Shown: piece after piece, positions 37,090-45,310 of the stretch
Position numbering within the stretch: position 1 is the first letter of the stretch
Layout of the letters: every line of letters starts with the position of its first letter
Sequence record: NC_105617.1
Length of the DNA: 50,709 bases
Direction: 5' to 3' (one strand)
From: a phage
Notes under the pieces: generated by a model
What the model was told of the DNA's origin: nothing
The model's input: the letters and a program-made list of their open reading frames with translations, nothing else
Database searches by the model: none
Position numbers and translations under genes: made by a program

Positions 37090-37132
37090 ATGATACACCG
37101 CCAATGGTATACGCTTTTTGCAAAAAGTGCTA
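37090..37132 (-). promoter_or_regulatory. Box-hairpin-(-10) cassette (minus)
   Basis: Minus strand tagcactttttgcaaaaa + 22 nt + TATCAT. Confidence 0.45.
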
Positions 37133-37136
37133 TTGG

Positions 37137-37562
37137 TTATAAGTATTTGGCCTCAAAGGTTGTGCCGTCTGCGATACTAAAACCAACCTCTTCGCGAAAC
37201 AAGGTCCATCGACAACCATCTTCATCAAAGATGTAACCAGCTACGCCACCGAGAGCGCGACCGCTTTCAACCTGGTAACGCTTGCCAACTTTGAATGATT
37301 TTTTCATTGGGTTGCGATGGTCAAGCCCGGTGCACTTGAGCGTCTTTGTTTTCAACTCAGTGAACTTCGCGAAGAAGATTTCATCAGATCCGTGAATCTG
37401 TAATTCATCATGCTTTTCAAGTTTTAAATACTTGCCGCATTTTAACTTGATTTCACGAGTGCCATCATAGCGCTCTCTACCTTTGTACAGGTTGTTAACT
37501 TCAAATCCTGTGATTTTGTCTGCTGAAGTGCATTTAAGTTTGATGGATTTCATTGCGTTCAC
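37137..37562 (-). CDS. Hypothetical protein
   Basis: 141-aa ORF behind cassette with CCAATCAGGAG leader. Confidence 0.45.
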   Translation of the reverse strand: MNAMKSIKLKCTSADKITGFEVNNLYKGRERYDGTREIKLKCGKYLKLEKHDELQIHGSDEIFFAKFTELKTKTLKCTGLDHRNPMKKSFKVGKRYQVESGRALGGVAGYIFDEDGCRWTLFREEVGFSIADGTTFEAKYL

Positions 37563-37589
37563 TCCTGATTGGTTATCTTGAATAAGGCC

Positions 37590-37632
37590 ACTTTATCAAA
37601 TGACCTTACGGCAATATTAACAAATCGTGCTA
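37590..37632 (-). promoter_or_regulatory. Box-hairpin-(-10) cassette (minus)
   Basis: Minus strand tagcacgatttgttaat + 22 nt + TAAAGT; near-duplicate of plus cassette 45457-45505. Confidence 0.5.
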
Positions 37633-37633
37633 T

Positions 37634-37846
37634 TTACCAGGGAATATAATCGTCGTCGTCATTATCACCAATATCATCGCCGGGCATCTCGAAGTCGGGA
37701 TTATATTCACTTTCTGCGTCCATATCCATATTCCCTAGCGCGTCGTCAAGCGTAATTTCTTTATATGCAACCTTGATACACCATTCCGCACTAAGCCCGG
37801 CATCGAGCGCGGCAAAATAACGAGTCCAGAAATTATCCTGTTCCAT
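37634..37846 (-). CDS. Small acidic protein with SSB-tail-like C-terminus
   Basis: 70 aa; C-terminal 35 residues strongly acidic, ending ...GDNDDDDYIPW, resembling the SSB tail DDDIPF. Confidence 0.5.
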   Translation of the reverse strand: MEQDNFWTRYFAALDAGLSAEWCIKVAYKEITLDDALGNMDMDAESEYNPDFEMPGDDIGDNDDDDYIPW

Positions 37847-37849
37847 TAA

Positions 37850-38074
37850 TTAGCTCCATGAATTAATGTAAATCGAGTTAGCCTCAAGCGTTGCGCGAAC
37901 ATCCGCATCCGTTGCATTTACTAAGCGCGATCCTGGTGTGCTGCCAATAACGTTATTACCGTTCCGAGCCTTAGTTACCGTCATTGAAACAAAACCGGAA
38001 GACTTATCCATTTTGATAACTACACGTCCTTTCGCGTTCAGATGCTTGATGATATTCTCAACTTTAATACTCAT
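37850..38074 (-). CDS. Hypothetical protein
   Basis: 74-aa ORF behind a minus-strand cassette. Confidence 0.45.
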   Translation of the reverse strand: MSIKVENIIKHLNAKGRVVIKMDKSSGFVSMTVTKARNGNNVIGSTPGSRLVNATDADVRATLEANSIYINSWS

Positions 38075-38107
38075 TTTTAATTCCTTTATTTCGTTTGGTG
38101 TGGGAGT

Positions 38108-38151
38108 AATATACCTTACTCCCTATTTATTGTCTTTAGCAATTAGTGCTA
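38108..38151 (-). promoter_or_regulatory. Box-hairpin-(-10) cassette (minus)
   Basis: Minus strand tagcactaattgctaaag, hairpin gggagta/tactccc with TATATT in loop (spacer 23). Confidence 0.45.
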
Positions 38152-38295
38152 TCAGTACTCGGAAATTACTTTACACTCTTTGATTGTTCCACCTAGAACT
38201 ACTTTCTGCATCATTGCTTTTTGGTGGCTATCGTAAACGCGAACATTTTTTACGCTGTTAAATTTGCCAGTATAGAAAGTGTGAATATAAATCAT
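38152..38295 (-). CDS. Small hypothetical protein (micro-ORF)
   Basis: 47-aa ORF below track cutoff; ATGA overlap with upstream stop; its own stop TGA directly abuts a TAGCAC box. Confidence 0.25.
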   Translation of the reverse strand: MIYIHTFYTGKFNSVKNVRVYDSHQKAMMQKVVLGGTIKECKVISEY

Positions 38296-38612
38296 TTTTT
38301 ACCGTCCCATGTTTGATACGCCGTCACAAGGTTAATGCTATGGTCGAACTCGTCAATGCTAAGCGATCCGATTCGAACCAGTTCTTTATCATGCTTAATA
38401 TCTATCATCCGGCTATATGGATGACCTGGCACGTATTTGAACAGTCGCTTGCTGTCAGCAATATCAGCGTTGATTCCATAGAATCGGCCTACCGCCGCCT
38501 TCACGCGCTCCATGATGTTTTTTTCGTGGATTGCTGCCGCGTTATTCAATGCCGCGACCGTGCTTCCGTTAATCTTCGGTGATTTCGTTGTGATTTTATA
38601 AGTGTGGTTCAT
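38292..38612 (-). CDS. Hypothetical protein
   Basis: Start placed at ATG 38612 behind RBS GGGGG; track ORF extends further upstream without RBS. Confidence 0.45.
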   Translation of the reverse strand: MNHTYKITTKSPKINGSTVAALNNAAAIHEKNIMERVKAAVGRFYGINADIADSKRLFKYVPGHPYSRMIDIKHDKELVRIGSLSIDEFDHSINLVTAYQTWDGKK

Positions 38613-38628
38613 TATTCCCCCTAACCAG

Positions 38629-38829
38629 TCAGGATAGCTTTCTCGCTTCATCAATGATAACAGGTTCGAGACGCTCAAGTCGAACGCGGAACGTGTTCAT
38701 AAATCCTTCGTTATTCTTCAGTAGCTCGAATGCGTCTGTTGCCTCAATTGCGCTATTTCCCATGTAGGCAACTACTCTCTTTTGCGTCTTGCGTGAGATC
38801 GCAACCACGCGGTAGATATTATCACTCAT
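38629..38829 (-). CDS. Hypothetical protein
   Basis: Start at ATG 38829 behind strong RBS AAGGAGG; overlaps end of upstream gene. Confidence 0.45.
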   Translation of the reverse strand: MSDNIYRVVAISRKTQKRVVAYMGNSAIEATDAFELLKNNEGFMNTFRVRLERLEPVIIDEARKLS

Positions 38830-39193
38830 ACAATTCCTCCTTAACACGGTCCGCAATGCAGGAGTTTACAGAGATTGAGTAGTTAGCCACGCCCCATAAT
38901 GCAATATTGCCAAGCTCGGTACGCATTGATGGATTATTAAGCTGGATTATTGTCTCTCCAGTATCATTATCAATAAAGCGAGACACGCCTAAATGGTCCA
39001 CGGCGCGGGTTACTCGGTTAACACACTCCATTGCATCACTTACACCATAATAAGCGCTTAGAGCGGCTCTCACGGCATTCTCTTGCTTGTTGTAAATCTT
39101 TCGTGCAATGTTCTCGATCGCTACGTTCTCTTTCTCGTCAGTCTGGATTGCTGTGCTTGCTGAGAAGTCCAGGTCTACGAATTGTTTAAACAT
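38822..39193 (-). CDS. Hypothetical protein
   Basis: Start at ATG 39193 downstream of cassette 39225-39267; the longer track ORF would run through the promoter. Confidence 0.45.
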   Translation of the reverse strand: MFKQFVDLDFSASTAIQTDEKENVAIENIARKIYNKQENAVRAALSAYYGVSDAMECVNRVTRAVDHLGVSRFIDNDTGETIIQLNNPSMRTELGNIALWGVANYSISVNSCIADRVKEELYE

Positions 39194-39224
39194 GGTGATT
39201 GCCTCGTTTTCTGTAGATGGGATA

Positions 39225-39267
39225 ACTATACCAGCCATCCATGCCGTGCGTTTAGCAAAAAGTGCTA
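39225..39267 (-). promoter_or_regulatory. Box-hairpin-(-10) cassette (minus)
   Basis: Minus strand tagcactttttgctaaacg + 22 nt + TATAGT. Confidence 0.5.
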
Positions 39268-39270
39268 TCC

Positions 39271-39375
39271 TCAGCGACCAACTGCATCCATAATGATTGA
39301 GAACATGATCGCGAGCAAGCACCCGGAAAGAGCGAAAATCATTGAGGCTATTGCGTAATCAAAAAACTTTGTCAT
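39271..39375 (-). CDS. Small hydrophobic peptide (micro-ORF)
   Basis: 34-aa ORF MTKFFDYAIASMIFALSGCLLAIMFSIIMDAVGR with RBS GGGGG; stop followed by a TAGCAC box. Confidence 0.3.
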   Translation of the reverse strand: MTKFFDYAIASMIFALSGCLLAIMFSIIMDAVGR

Positions 39376-39377
39376 AA

Positions 39378-39608
39378 TTACCCCCTGAAACTATCAATAG
39401 TGTCATTAATGTATTTCACCTGAGCCTCGACGTCTGACGTGGCGATATACTGAAATGTATCGTAATCCTCCCGCAAGTCGACAAGCTCAATCTTTGTATG
39501 ATGCTCTTTCAAGCCACCCATGTGACCGTAATGCGTTCTGTAGACAATGAATCCCTCATCATTGGCGCGCTGAATTGCCTTCTTCAGCCCGGGGTGTTTA
39601 ATTGCCAT
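39378..39608 (-). CDS. Hypothetical protein
   Basis: 76 aa behind cassette with CCAATCAGGAG leader. Confidence 0.5.
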   Translation of the reverse strand: MAIKHPGLKKAIQRANDEGFIVYRTHYGHMGGLKEHHTKIELVDLREDYDTFQYIATSDVEAQVKYINDTIDSFRG

Positions 39609-39639
39609 CTGTTGATTCTCCTGATTGGTTGATGTGTTA

Positions 39640-39682
39640 ACTATACCCCGATCTCACTCGGGGCGTTTAGCAATTCGTGCTA
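39640..39682 (-). promoter_or_regulatory. Box-hairpin-(-10) cassette (minus)
   Basis: Minus strand TAA stop + tagcacgaattgctaaac + 22 nt + TATAGT; hairpin ccccga/tcgggg. Confidence 0.55.
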
Positions 39683-40018
39683 TTAATCGATATCAAACTC
39701 AGCGGCGTATGCTTTCTTGAAGCCAGCTTCGCGCATAGTGCGCTTGCTGATTTTGCGCGGGAATTTGTACTGGCTGTTAGGCTTGACCCACCAGAAGCAG
39801 GAAGTCTCGCGAACGATTTCATATTTACCGTAACGAGTGAAGGTATCGCGTTCCATATCAGGCTGATTAACACAGGTCAGGAATTTAGCTGCTTTGTCTT
39901 CAGTTTTGATTTCTTCCCAAACGAATGAGTCCATTCCGTTAACCTTGCAAGCAACCATGATGTACTCAACGCCGTTTTCGATTTTGATGATTTCGTTACC
40001 GCGATTTTCGTATTTCAT
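39683..40018 (-). CDS. Hypothetical protein
   Basis: Start at ATG 40018 with RBS AGGAG downstream of cassette 40057-40099. Confidence 0.45.
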   Translation of the reverse strand: MKYENRGNEIIKIENGVEYIMVACKVNGMDSFVWEEIKTEDKAAKFLTCVNQPDMERDTFTRYGKYEIVRETSCFWWVKPNSQYKFPRKISKRTMREAGFKKAYAAEFDID

Positions 40019-40056
40019 TTTCTTGCTCCTGATGTGTATCTCGTTTCGATGAGGTA

Positions 40057-40099
40057 ATAATGCCAGATTCCATTCCGGCAGTTTTAACAAAAAGTGCTA
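40057..40099 (-). promoter_or_regulatory. Box-hairpin-(-10) cassette (minus)
   Basis: Minus strand tagcactttttgttaaaac + 22 nt + CATTAT; box encodes C-terminus of MTase-like gene. Confidence 0.5.
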
Positions 40100-40788
40100 T
40101 TTGCGATCGCTTTAAAAAATCCCCTGGGCGACAGGGATCGTATCAACTTAGTTTTGGCAGATTTGCCGCCTAGCTTACTGTGCTGTGCAGAGTACCCGTC
40201 AGGCAGGCTTACAGGTTTTCTCTCGGGCATGACAAAATCGTCAGAGGTCCAAAGGCAAGTTTTCTTCGGGTAAGCATCGCGCGGCGCAATATACATCGGG
40301 AACCAGGGGTGTGAGTCATTCTCAGGAAGATAGCCGCCATACTCCCAGGGATTGAAGGAGTGATTTGGTTTTCTCCAGGCAGATGACAGGACGCTAACCG
40401 GATTCTCAATGATGTAAGTCACGCCCAGGCTATCGCCAATGTTCGCAGCAATCCGGGCGGTGGCAACAGCCTTCTCCTGGAATAACTGATCGCGTTCACG
40501 CTTTCTTGCGAAGTGAGCGGCACCACTAACAGCTAGGTCAGTGCACGGCGGGAAGGCCATAATGAAATCCGGCTTGCCATACACGCCAGCGATAGCATCA
40601 CGCTCAAACGCTGCGTCAATGAACACGTTCACATACTCAATGTTCGGATGCTCCACTCGGGCATTGTACTTTGCGTAATCTCCGTGATCGGCTCCGTCAA
40701 AGTTGAAGCACATTACCTTGTGACCTTGCTTAGCTAGCTCATGACCAGCAAGACCGGAACCGTCGAATAGGGACCAAATCAACTTCAT
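40084..40788 (-). CDS. DNA cytosine-C5 methyltransferase-like protein (compact, noncanonical)
   Basis: Motif I-like LFDGSGLAG, motif IV-like FPPCTDLAVSGA (PC dipeptide, T in place of Q), motif VI-like IIENPVS; only 234 aa; last five codons (NSTFC-stop) are encoded by a TAGCAC box. Confidence 0.5.
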   Translation of the reverse strand: MKLIWSLFDGSGLAGHELAKQGHKVMCFNFDGADHGDYAKYNARVEHPNIEYVNVFIDAAFERDAIAGVYGKPDFIMAFPPCTDLAVSGAAHFARKRERDQLFQEKAVATARIAANIGDSLGVTYIIENPVSVLSSAWRKPNHSFNPWEYGGYLPENDSHPWFPMYIAPRDAYPKKTCLWTSDDFVMPERKPVSLPDGYSAQHSKLGGKSAKTKLIRSLSPRGFFKAIANSTFC

Positions 40789-40928
40789 TTTGCGATCTCC
40801 TTTTTGTAGTGATTCAGCTTGTCGATGATTGACTTCGACTTGTTGGCTAGCGCCATGTCAGAGAACAGAGCTACGCGATAGATGTGTTCGTAACGATTAA
40901 TGGCTGCGTTGATGTTTGCAATATTCAT
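40785..40928 (-). CDS. Small hypothetical protein
   Basis: 47 aa from ATG 40928 behind CCAATCAGAGGA leader; first gene of the minus-strand block. Confidence 0.35.
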   Translation of the reverse strand: MNIANINAAINRYEHIYRVALFSDMALANKSKSIIDKLNHYKKEIAK

Positions 40929-41018
40929 GTCGATTCCTCTGATTGGTTGATGAGATGAATCATACCCGATCGGCAGTGCTGATGTGTTGCAAAAAATGCT
41001 ATTCCAATAGTTGCTCAT

Positions 41019-41610
41019 TATTCCACCATCAATGGAATATCTGGAATAATTGCGATCCCGATTGATCTCGAATGATGAAATGTGATTGTTGCATGGTGTG
41101 CAACTGTTGATGTGATTGTTTCTTAGAATGCAATGATTGTGAGAGGGGGGATTTAGTGTTACCCGGTTCGCCTGGTGGTCATCTCCATTTTTAGCAAAAC
41201 GTGCTATCGATTACAATTTAACTTGTCACGACTGTAATATTTGTCTAGAATCGCACTTGTGACAAAATTACGCACTGTGACGCATCACAATAGACATATA
41301 GATATATGTATATATATAATATATATAGTGTTTTTTTTATTTATATATATAGATAATTATATTGTAATAGTTGTGTATAGCCGTCTTACATTGTCTAGCG
41401 TACTGTTGGCATATTTCTATCTGCATGTTTATATATACAGTACTTTTTTGAGGGCTATATATTTCTATAGTGACTCTAGACAGCTAGACAAATATTACAC
41501 AGCTTAAAATTGGCTTGCAGTCGTTGACAGCTCTACGTCGCTCTGTCACAATGGCAATTGTTGACATGCTATGACACCATTTACACACCAATAGACAAAG
41601 AGGGCACATT
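41019..41610. repeat. AT-rich divergent control region with repeated TGTCAC/GTGACA and TTGTCTAG/CTAGACAA motifs (hub 2)
   Basis: Repeats tgtgattgtt x2, acttgtcac/acttgtgac, ttgtctag x2, ctagaca x2, atagaca x2; (TA)n tracts 41295-41360. Confidence 0.5.
41524..41552 (+). promoter_or_regulatory. Candidate sigma70 promoter for plus-strand early block
   Basis: TTGACA-17 bp-CACAAT about 58 nt upstream of ATG 41611. Confidence 0.4.
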
Positions 41611-42126
41611 ATGAGCAATACCAATCAGGAATTAAAAATCACCGACATGATTCGACTAACCTGCGATGCAATGTACCGCGACAAAGGCATGACCGAGTTC
41701 TCTTTCGTGGCTGATGATATGGCCCTAGAAGCAGCGCGATTCTACTTTCGTGGCCAGGAGGTAAGTGATAGCGATCTTGAATCTGCCGCTGCCGGATGGG
41801 TGGACCAGAACCAGGGGGAGGTAGAGAAGCGATTCAAATCTGCTTTCATCACTCCAATCATTACCCGACACTTTTGCAAGTATGGCAAGGTGGCAAAGGT
41901 GAAGGTAGGCCGGAATGACGCGGCAATCACGATGATAACCGTTATCGTTACCGACGAAGAGGTTCCGGTGAAGAAGCGCCGCAGCCGGAAAAAAGTTAGC
42001 CTGGCCGACTGCCTTGATTCGTTTGACGTTGATGTTAGCAAGCTATCCGATAGCGAGTTAATGGTTCGTGATGTGAATGAGATCGTGCGCCAGATGAAAG
42101 CACATATTGAAAAGTGTGGACTGTAA
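41611..42126 (+). CDS. Hypothetical protein
   Basis: 171 aa, first gene of the plus-strand early block, RBS AGAGGG; basic patch KKRRSRKK. Confidence 0.5.
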   Translation: MSNTNQELKITDMIRLTCDAMYRDKGMTEFSFVADDMALEAARFYFRGQEVSDSDLESAAAGWVDQNQGEVEKRFKSAFITPIITRHFCKYGKVAKVKVGRNDAAITMITVIVTDEEVPVKKRRSRKKVSLADCLDSFDVDVSKLSDSELMVRDVNEIVRQMKAHIEKCGL

Positions 42127-42138
42127 GGAGAGATGAGT

Positions 42139-42378
42139 ATGAGCAAGATTAAGCATGACGCCCTGAAAGGTATCTTGATGCGACTAAACCCAGGTGAAGC
42201 ATTCCAGCTTAACCCCGAGACGTTTGGATTCAATGGTGATTATCGTACAACCTTCGAATTTGTCCGGTATGTAAAGAAAGAGTTTGGATTCGAAGTTATT
42301 CACGCAGGTCTTATCAATGGCATCCAGACATTCATCTTTAAGCCAAATGAGATTCGTTGCTTCACGCTGATGAAATAG
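42139..42378 (+). CDS. Hypothetical protein
   Basis: ATG 42139 preferred over 42133 for RBS spacing; stop TAG lies in a TAGCAC box. Confidence 0.45.
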   Translation: MSKIKHDALKGILMRLNPGEAFQLNPETFGFNGDYRTTFEFVRYVKKEFGFEVIHAGLINGIQTFIFKPNEIRCFTLMK

Positions 42379-42424
42379 CACTTTTTGTTAAAACCGGAGC
42401 GGGATAACCTGGTATAGTTATCCC
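42376..42424 (+). promoter_or_regulatory. Box-hairpin-(-10) cassette
   Basis: TAG stop = box start; ttgtta + 22 nt + TATAGT; hairpin gggataa/ttatccc. Confidence 0.55.
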
Positions 42425-42449
42425 ATCGACAACGAATGAGGAAACGAAG

Positions 42450-42644
42450 ATGGAAACGCAAATTGACGTAGTGGTTGTTCAGCGTGACTCCACCCATGAA
42501 AAGGGGCTATTCAAGAAAGGAACTGAAATCACGATAGACCTTGAGGATATGGTTGCATATCACTCGGGTCTTACCTGGAACGTGGTGCGCGTAGGCAGCG
42601 ACTACAAACTCAAAGGCTTTAACACTTACTTTGCGGAGGTTTAA
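42450..42644 (+). CDS. Hypothetical protein
   Basis: 64 aa behind cassette 42376-42424. Confidence 0.45.
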   Translation: METQIDVVVVQRDSTHEKGLFKKGTEITIDLEDMVAYHSGLTWNVVRVGSDYKLKGFNTYFAEV

Positions 42645-42646
42645 TT

Positions 42647-43117
42647 ATGACAACCATTACCGTATTTCTTGCTAAAGATGAGCTTGATGGCGAAATGTCA
42701 TTCTTCGCGTTTGAGCACAAGACCGGATCGCACTGGCATGCGTACACTCACTACACGGTTATCTCAATCGAGGCGTTCGAAGGTGATTCACTCACTGATA
42801 AGCTGAGTTATTTTGTTGAAGCGGTTAAGGCTAGCGGCGGCTGTGAGTGGAAAGAAGATCACGAAGTTATGCGAATGCTTGAGATGGTCAATCCGGTTCG
42901 ACTTGAGTCTTTCGAGCTTGATTCTTACGTGAGCATTAAGGTGAGAAAGCCGGGTGAGTTGTTGCCAGGGATGCGTGTGCTGACTGGTTACTCAGGTCGT
43001 AAAGTGTGGCGAACCATATCGAAGATTCGACAGCGCTCAGAAACATGCTACAGCGTGTTCTTTGATGACGGCTGGAATGAGGTTGCTGGTAGTAACGTGA
43101 AGTATCTTACCAAATAG
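42647..43117 (+). CDS. Hypothetical protein
   Basis: 156 aa; stop TAG inside a TAGCAC box. Confidence 0.45.
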   Translation: MTTITVFLAKDELDGEMSFFAFEHKTGSHWHAYTHYTVISIEAFEGDSLTDKLSYFVEAVKASGGCEWKEDHEVMRMLEMVNPVRLESFELDSYVSIKVRKPGELLPGMRVLTGYSGRKVWRTISKIRQRSETCYSVFFDDGWNEVAGSNVKYLTK

Positions 43118-43163
43118 CACGAATTGCTAAAACCGGATCGGGGTATCTTGCTATAGTTACCCC
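43115..43163 (+). promoter_or_regulatory. Box-hairpin-(-10) cassette
   Basis: TAG stop = box start; ttgcta + 22 nt + TGcTATAGT; hairpin ggggta/tacccc. Confidence 0.55.
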
Positions 43164-43196
43164 ATCAAAACGACACACCAATCAGAGGATTTCACC

Positions 43197-43460
43197 ATGT
43201 CAATCGTCAAGAATAGAAACGCAATTGAAGCTACTCGCCACAACAAGCAACACGCGATTTTCATTGCTCGCTACTGCTCAAGCATCAATGGTGGCTTGCA
43301 GTATCGCCGCTATGCAGTGATTGAGCTTTCCCCATACATTTACAAAGAGTATCGAGAGGAGAATGGCAAGTGGATTGAGATTGAGGGCGTAACGAGCTTC
43401 TTGATCTGGAATGGTGAATTTCAGGGGTACGACGATATCAGCACTTTAATTGAGGAATAA
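43197..43460 (+). CDS. Hypothetical protein
   Basis: 87 aa behind cassette 43115-43163 with CCAATCAGAGGA leader. Confidence 0.45.
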   Translation: MSIVKNRNAIEATRHNKQHAIFIARYCSSINGGLQYRRYAVIELSPYIYKEYREENGKWIEIEGVTSFLIWNGEFQGYDDISTLIEE

Positions 43461-43466
43461 ATAATC

Positions 43467-43694
43467 ATGCCACGTTACAGCAACCTAACCAAACTAATCC
43501 GCGTCAACGGGCACATGATCCCGGCTAAATCTACTCACTGCGCGAAAGGCGCAAAGCACGGATTATATTTCAAGTGGCGCGGTCAATGGAACTTCACGGC
43601 GGTGAGCAATTTTTACATGCGCGTTCCTGGTGATGATCCGCAATCGGTAGTAGAAAACTCAATCGGCGACAACAAGATCGAGGTACTAAAATGA
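43467..43694 (+). CDS. Hypothetical protein
   Basis: 75 aa, basic. Confidence 0.45.
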   Translation: MPRYSNLTKLIRVNGHMIPAKSTHCAKGAKHGLYFKWRGQWNFTAVSNFYMRVPGDDPQSVVENSIGDNKIEVLK

Positions 43695-43801
43695 ACTTCA
43701 ATACAATAGCTCTATGGTCTGCCGTCTGGTTCTTCTGCATGGGTCACGTTATGGTCGGCATCGTGGTAATGCTTCTCCTGTGTGCGGGGGCGTTCGAATG
43801 A
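43691..43801 (+). CDS. Small transmembrane peptide (micro-ORF)
   Basis: 36 aa MNFNTIALWSAVWFFCMGHVMVGIVVMLLLCAGAFE; ATGA overlap with both neighbours. Confidence 0.3.
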   Translation: MNFNTIALWSAVWFFCMGHVMVGIVVMLLLCAGAFE

Positions 43802-43971
43802 TGCGAATATTGATTTGCATGATGGCGGCGGTCGCCCTGGCTATCCTGGTAGTGTCAGGATGCGGAGAGGTCAGAGATAGCTGTCATAAGACCGGGAACC
43901 AGGTTACTACGCTTGTGATGGTTGGCAACGTTTTGCTACCAATCACATCAAATGAGATCACTTGCGAATAG
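43798..43971 (+). CDS. Small lipoprotein (putative)
   Basis: 57 aa from ATG 43798; signal peptide MMRILICMMAAVALAILVVSGC with lipobox VSGC. Confidence 0.4.
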   Translation: MMRILICMMAAVALAILVVSGCGEVRDSCHKTGNQVTTLVMVGNVLLPITSNEITCE

Positions 43972-43980
43972 GATTTAAAA

Positions 43981-44172
43981 ATGGCTGATTTTATGCACCA
44001 AATGATTGCAGTATTCAAAGGTAGCGAAGATGAGGAAGTAAAAGAGTGCTTTACTGTCGACAAGCATTATAACGCTTCGCTAACCAGCTTCGGTAACATC
44101 TCATTGCTTGATGATAATGGCGATCCCTGGGTATTCGATGAAGATACGGATTGCTTCGAAATTAAAGAATAG
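43981..44172 (+). CDS. Small acidic protein
   Basis: 63 aa rich in D/E; stop TAG inside a TAGCAC box. Confidence 0.45.
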   Translation: MADFMHQMIAVFKGSEDEEVKECFTVDKHYNASLTSFGNISLLDDNGDPWVFDEDTDCFEIKE

Positions 44173-44218
44173 CACTTTTTGTTAAAACGCGATCATGTGG
44201 TTGCGATATAGTAACCAC
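44170..44218 (+). promoter_or_regulatory. Box-hairpin-(-10) cassette
   Basis: TAG stop = box start; ttgtta + 22 nt + TATAGT; hairpin gtggtt/aaccac. Confidence 0.55.
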
Positions 44219-44243
44219 ATCGACAACGAATGAGGACGAGAAC

Positions 44244-44732
44244 ATGAAAATTAAATTACTGTGCACTGGCGGTTACAAAGGCTTTACTCGCGACCTGGAA
44301 TCAGACCCGATTATCGTTGACGCTGTGAAGTGCGATGATAGCACGGGCGGCTACCGCGTCAAGGTTGACGACCTGGTAAAAGCTGGCGTGTACGATCTGG
44401 ATTACGGCCTATCGGTTAGTCCAGTATTTGGCCCGGCTGACTTCAACGAAAATGACGGAACGATGTTCTTTTTTGAATGGGAAGTCCAGGCAAACATCAA
44501 GCCGCGCAAGGTTCGACTTCTCAACAATGGCGGGTATCCTATGCGCCCTGGTTATGAGAATCGCACGTTCCCGGTTATTGTTGACTTTGAGGAAATTACC
44601 AGCACCCTGGCTTACGTTGGAAATGAACAACTCAATGCTGTAGGTTTTTGGGGTGGGATGAATAAAGAGTCTCTTTGCTTCTTCCATCGCGACACCGAAC
44701 CGTTCTCTATTGAGTGCGAGTTAGTTTACTGA
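44244..44732 (+). CDS. Hypothetical protein
   Basis: 162 aa behind cassette 44170-44218. Confidence 0.5.
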   Translation: MKIKLLCTGGYKGFTRDLESDPIIVDAVKCDDSTGGYRVKVDDLVKAGVYDLDYGLSVSPVFGPADFNENDGTMFFFEWEVQANIKPRKVRLLNNGGYPMRPGYENRTFPVIVDFEEITSTLAYVGNEQLNAVGFWGGMNKESLCFFHRDTEPFSIECELVY

Positions 44733-44780
44733 GCACGAATTGTTAAAAGGGGATTCGTCCTGACTGGTACAATCCACATA
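44730..44780 (+). promoter_or_regulatory. Box-hairpin-(-10) cassette
   Basis: tGAgcacgaattgttaaaag + 22 nt + TGgTACAAT. Confidence 0.5.
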
Positions 44781-44803
44781 TCAACCACTAAGAGGAAATC
44801 ATT

Positions 44804-45310
44804 ATGTTGAAATTAGAAGACGTAAAATTCCCGATTAAATTTATCAGCCTGGGTTGCGGTGAAATTACATTCACCAGTGAAGATAAAGGCAAGTGGGCAA
44901 CTGATGAGGTGTCTCAGCTTAAGTTGGATTGGTTTATCAATAGGCACAATGAAGTAAATCCTGAAAACTCAGCCAAGAAGGATTACCATTACATTATTAG
45001 TGGTAGTCAGGATGTGTACGAAAAGTATGATGGTTGGAAAACTGATCGATCCATCTTCCACCCCGCAAAGCCAGAAATTAAACCGATGTTACAATGCACT
45101 CAGATCGAGAACATGCCATTGAGCGCTACGATAAAGGGCGTCCAACTTGATAGCGAATCCTGGGCCGAGATTACCGCAACACCTAAAACTATTGAGGTGC
45201 ATGATGATGTAGTGATTCTCCTATTGCATTACGGCAGCTTTAAGCACAAAACGGTATCAGGTGAAATAAGCATTAAGCGCGGAACACTTGTACGCTATGA
45301 GGTGAAATAA
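44804..45310 (+). CDS. Hypothetical protein
   Basis: 168 aa behind cassette 44730-44780. Confidence 0.5.
   Translation: MLKLEDVKFPIKFISLGCGEITFTSEDKGKWATDEVSQLKLDWFINRHNEVNPENSAKKDYHYIISGSQDVYEKYDGWKTDRSIFHPAKPEIKPMLQCTQIENMPLSATIKGVQLDSESWAEITATPKTIEVHDDVVILLLHYGSFKHKTVSGEISIKRGTLVRYEVK

Noticed and set aside
39108-39293. Plus-strand 61-aa ORF antisense to a minus-strand gene
   Set aside because: Lies antisense to gene 38822-39193 and across its promoter cassette; no RBS; cysteine/serine-rich translation.
42385-42418. TTG(C/T)TA of the conserved box as a sigma70 -35 element
   Set aside because: Spacing to the -10-like hexamer is a constant 22 bp, outside the 16-19 bp window for sigma70; the box is treated as a separate regulatory or boundary element.
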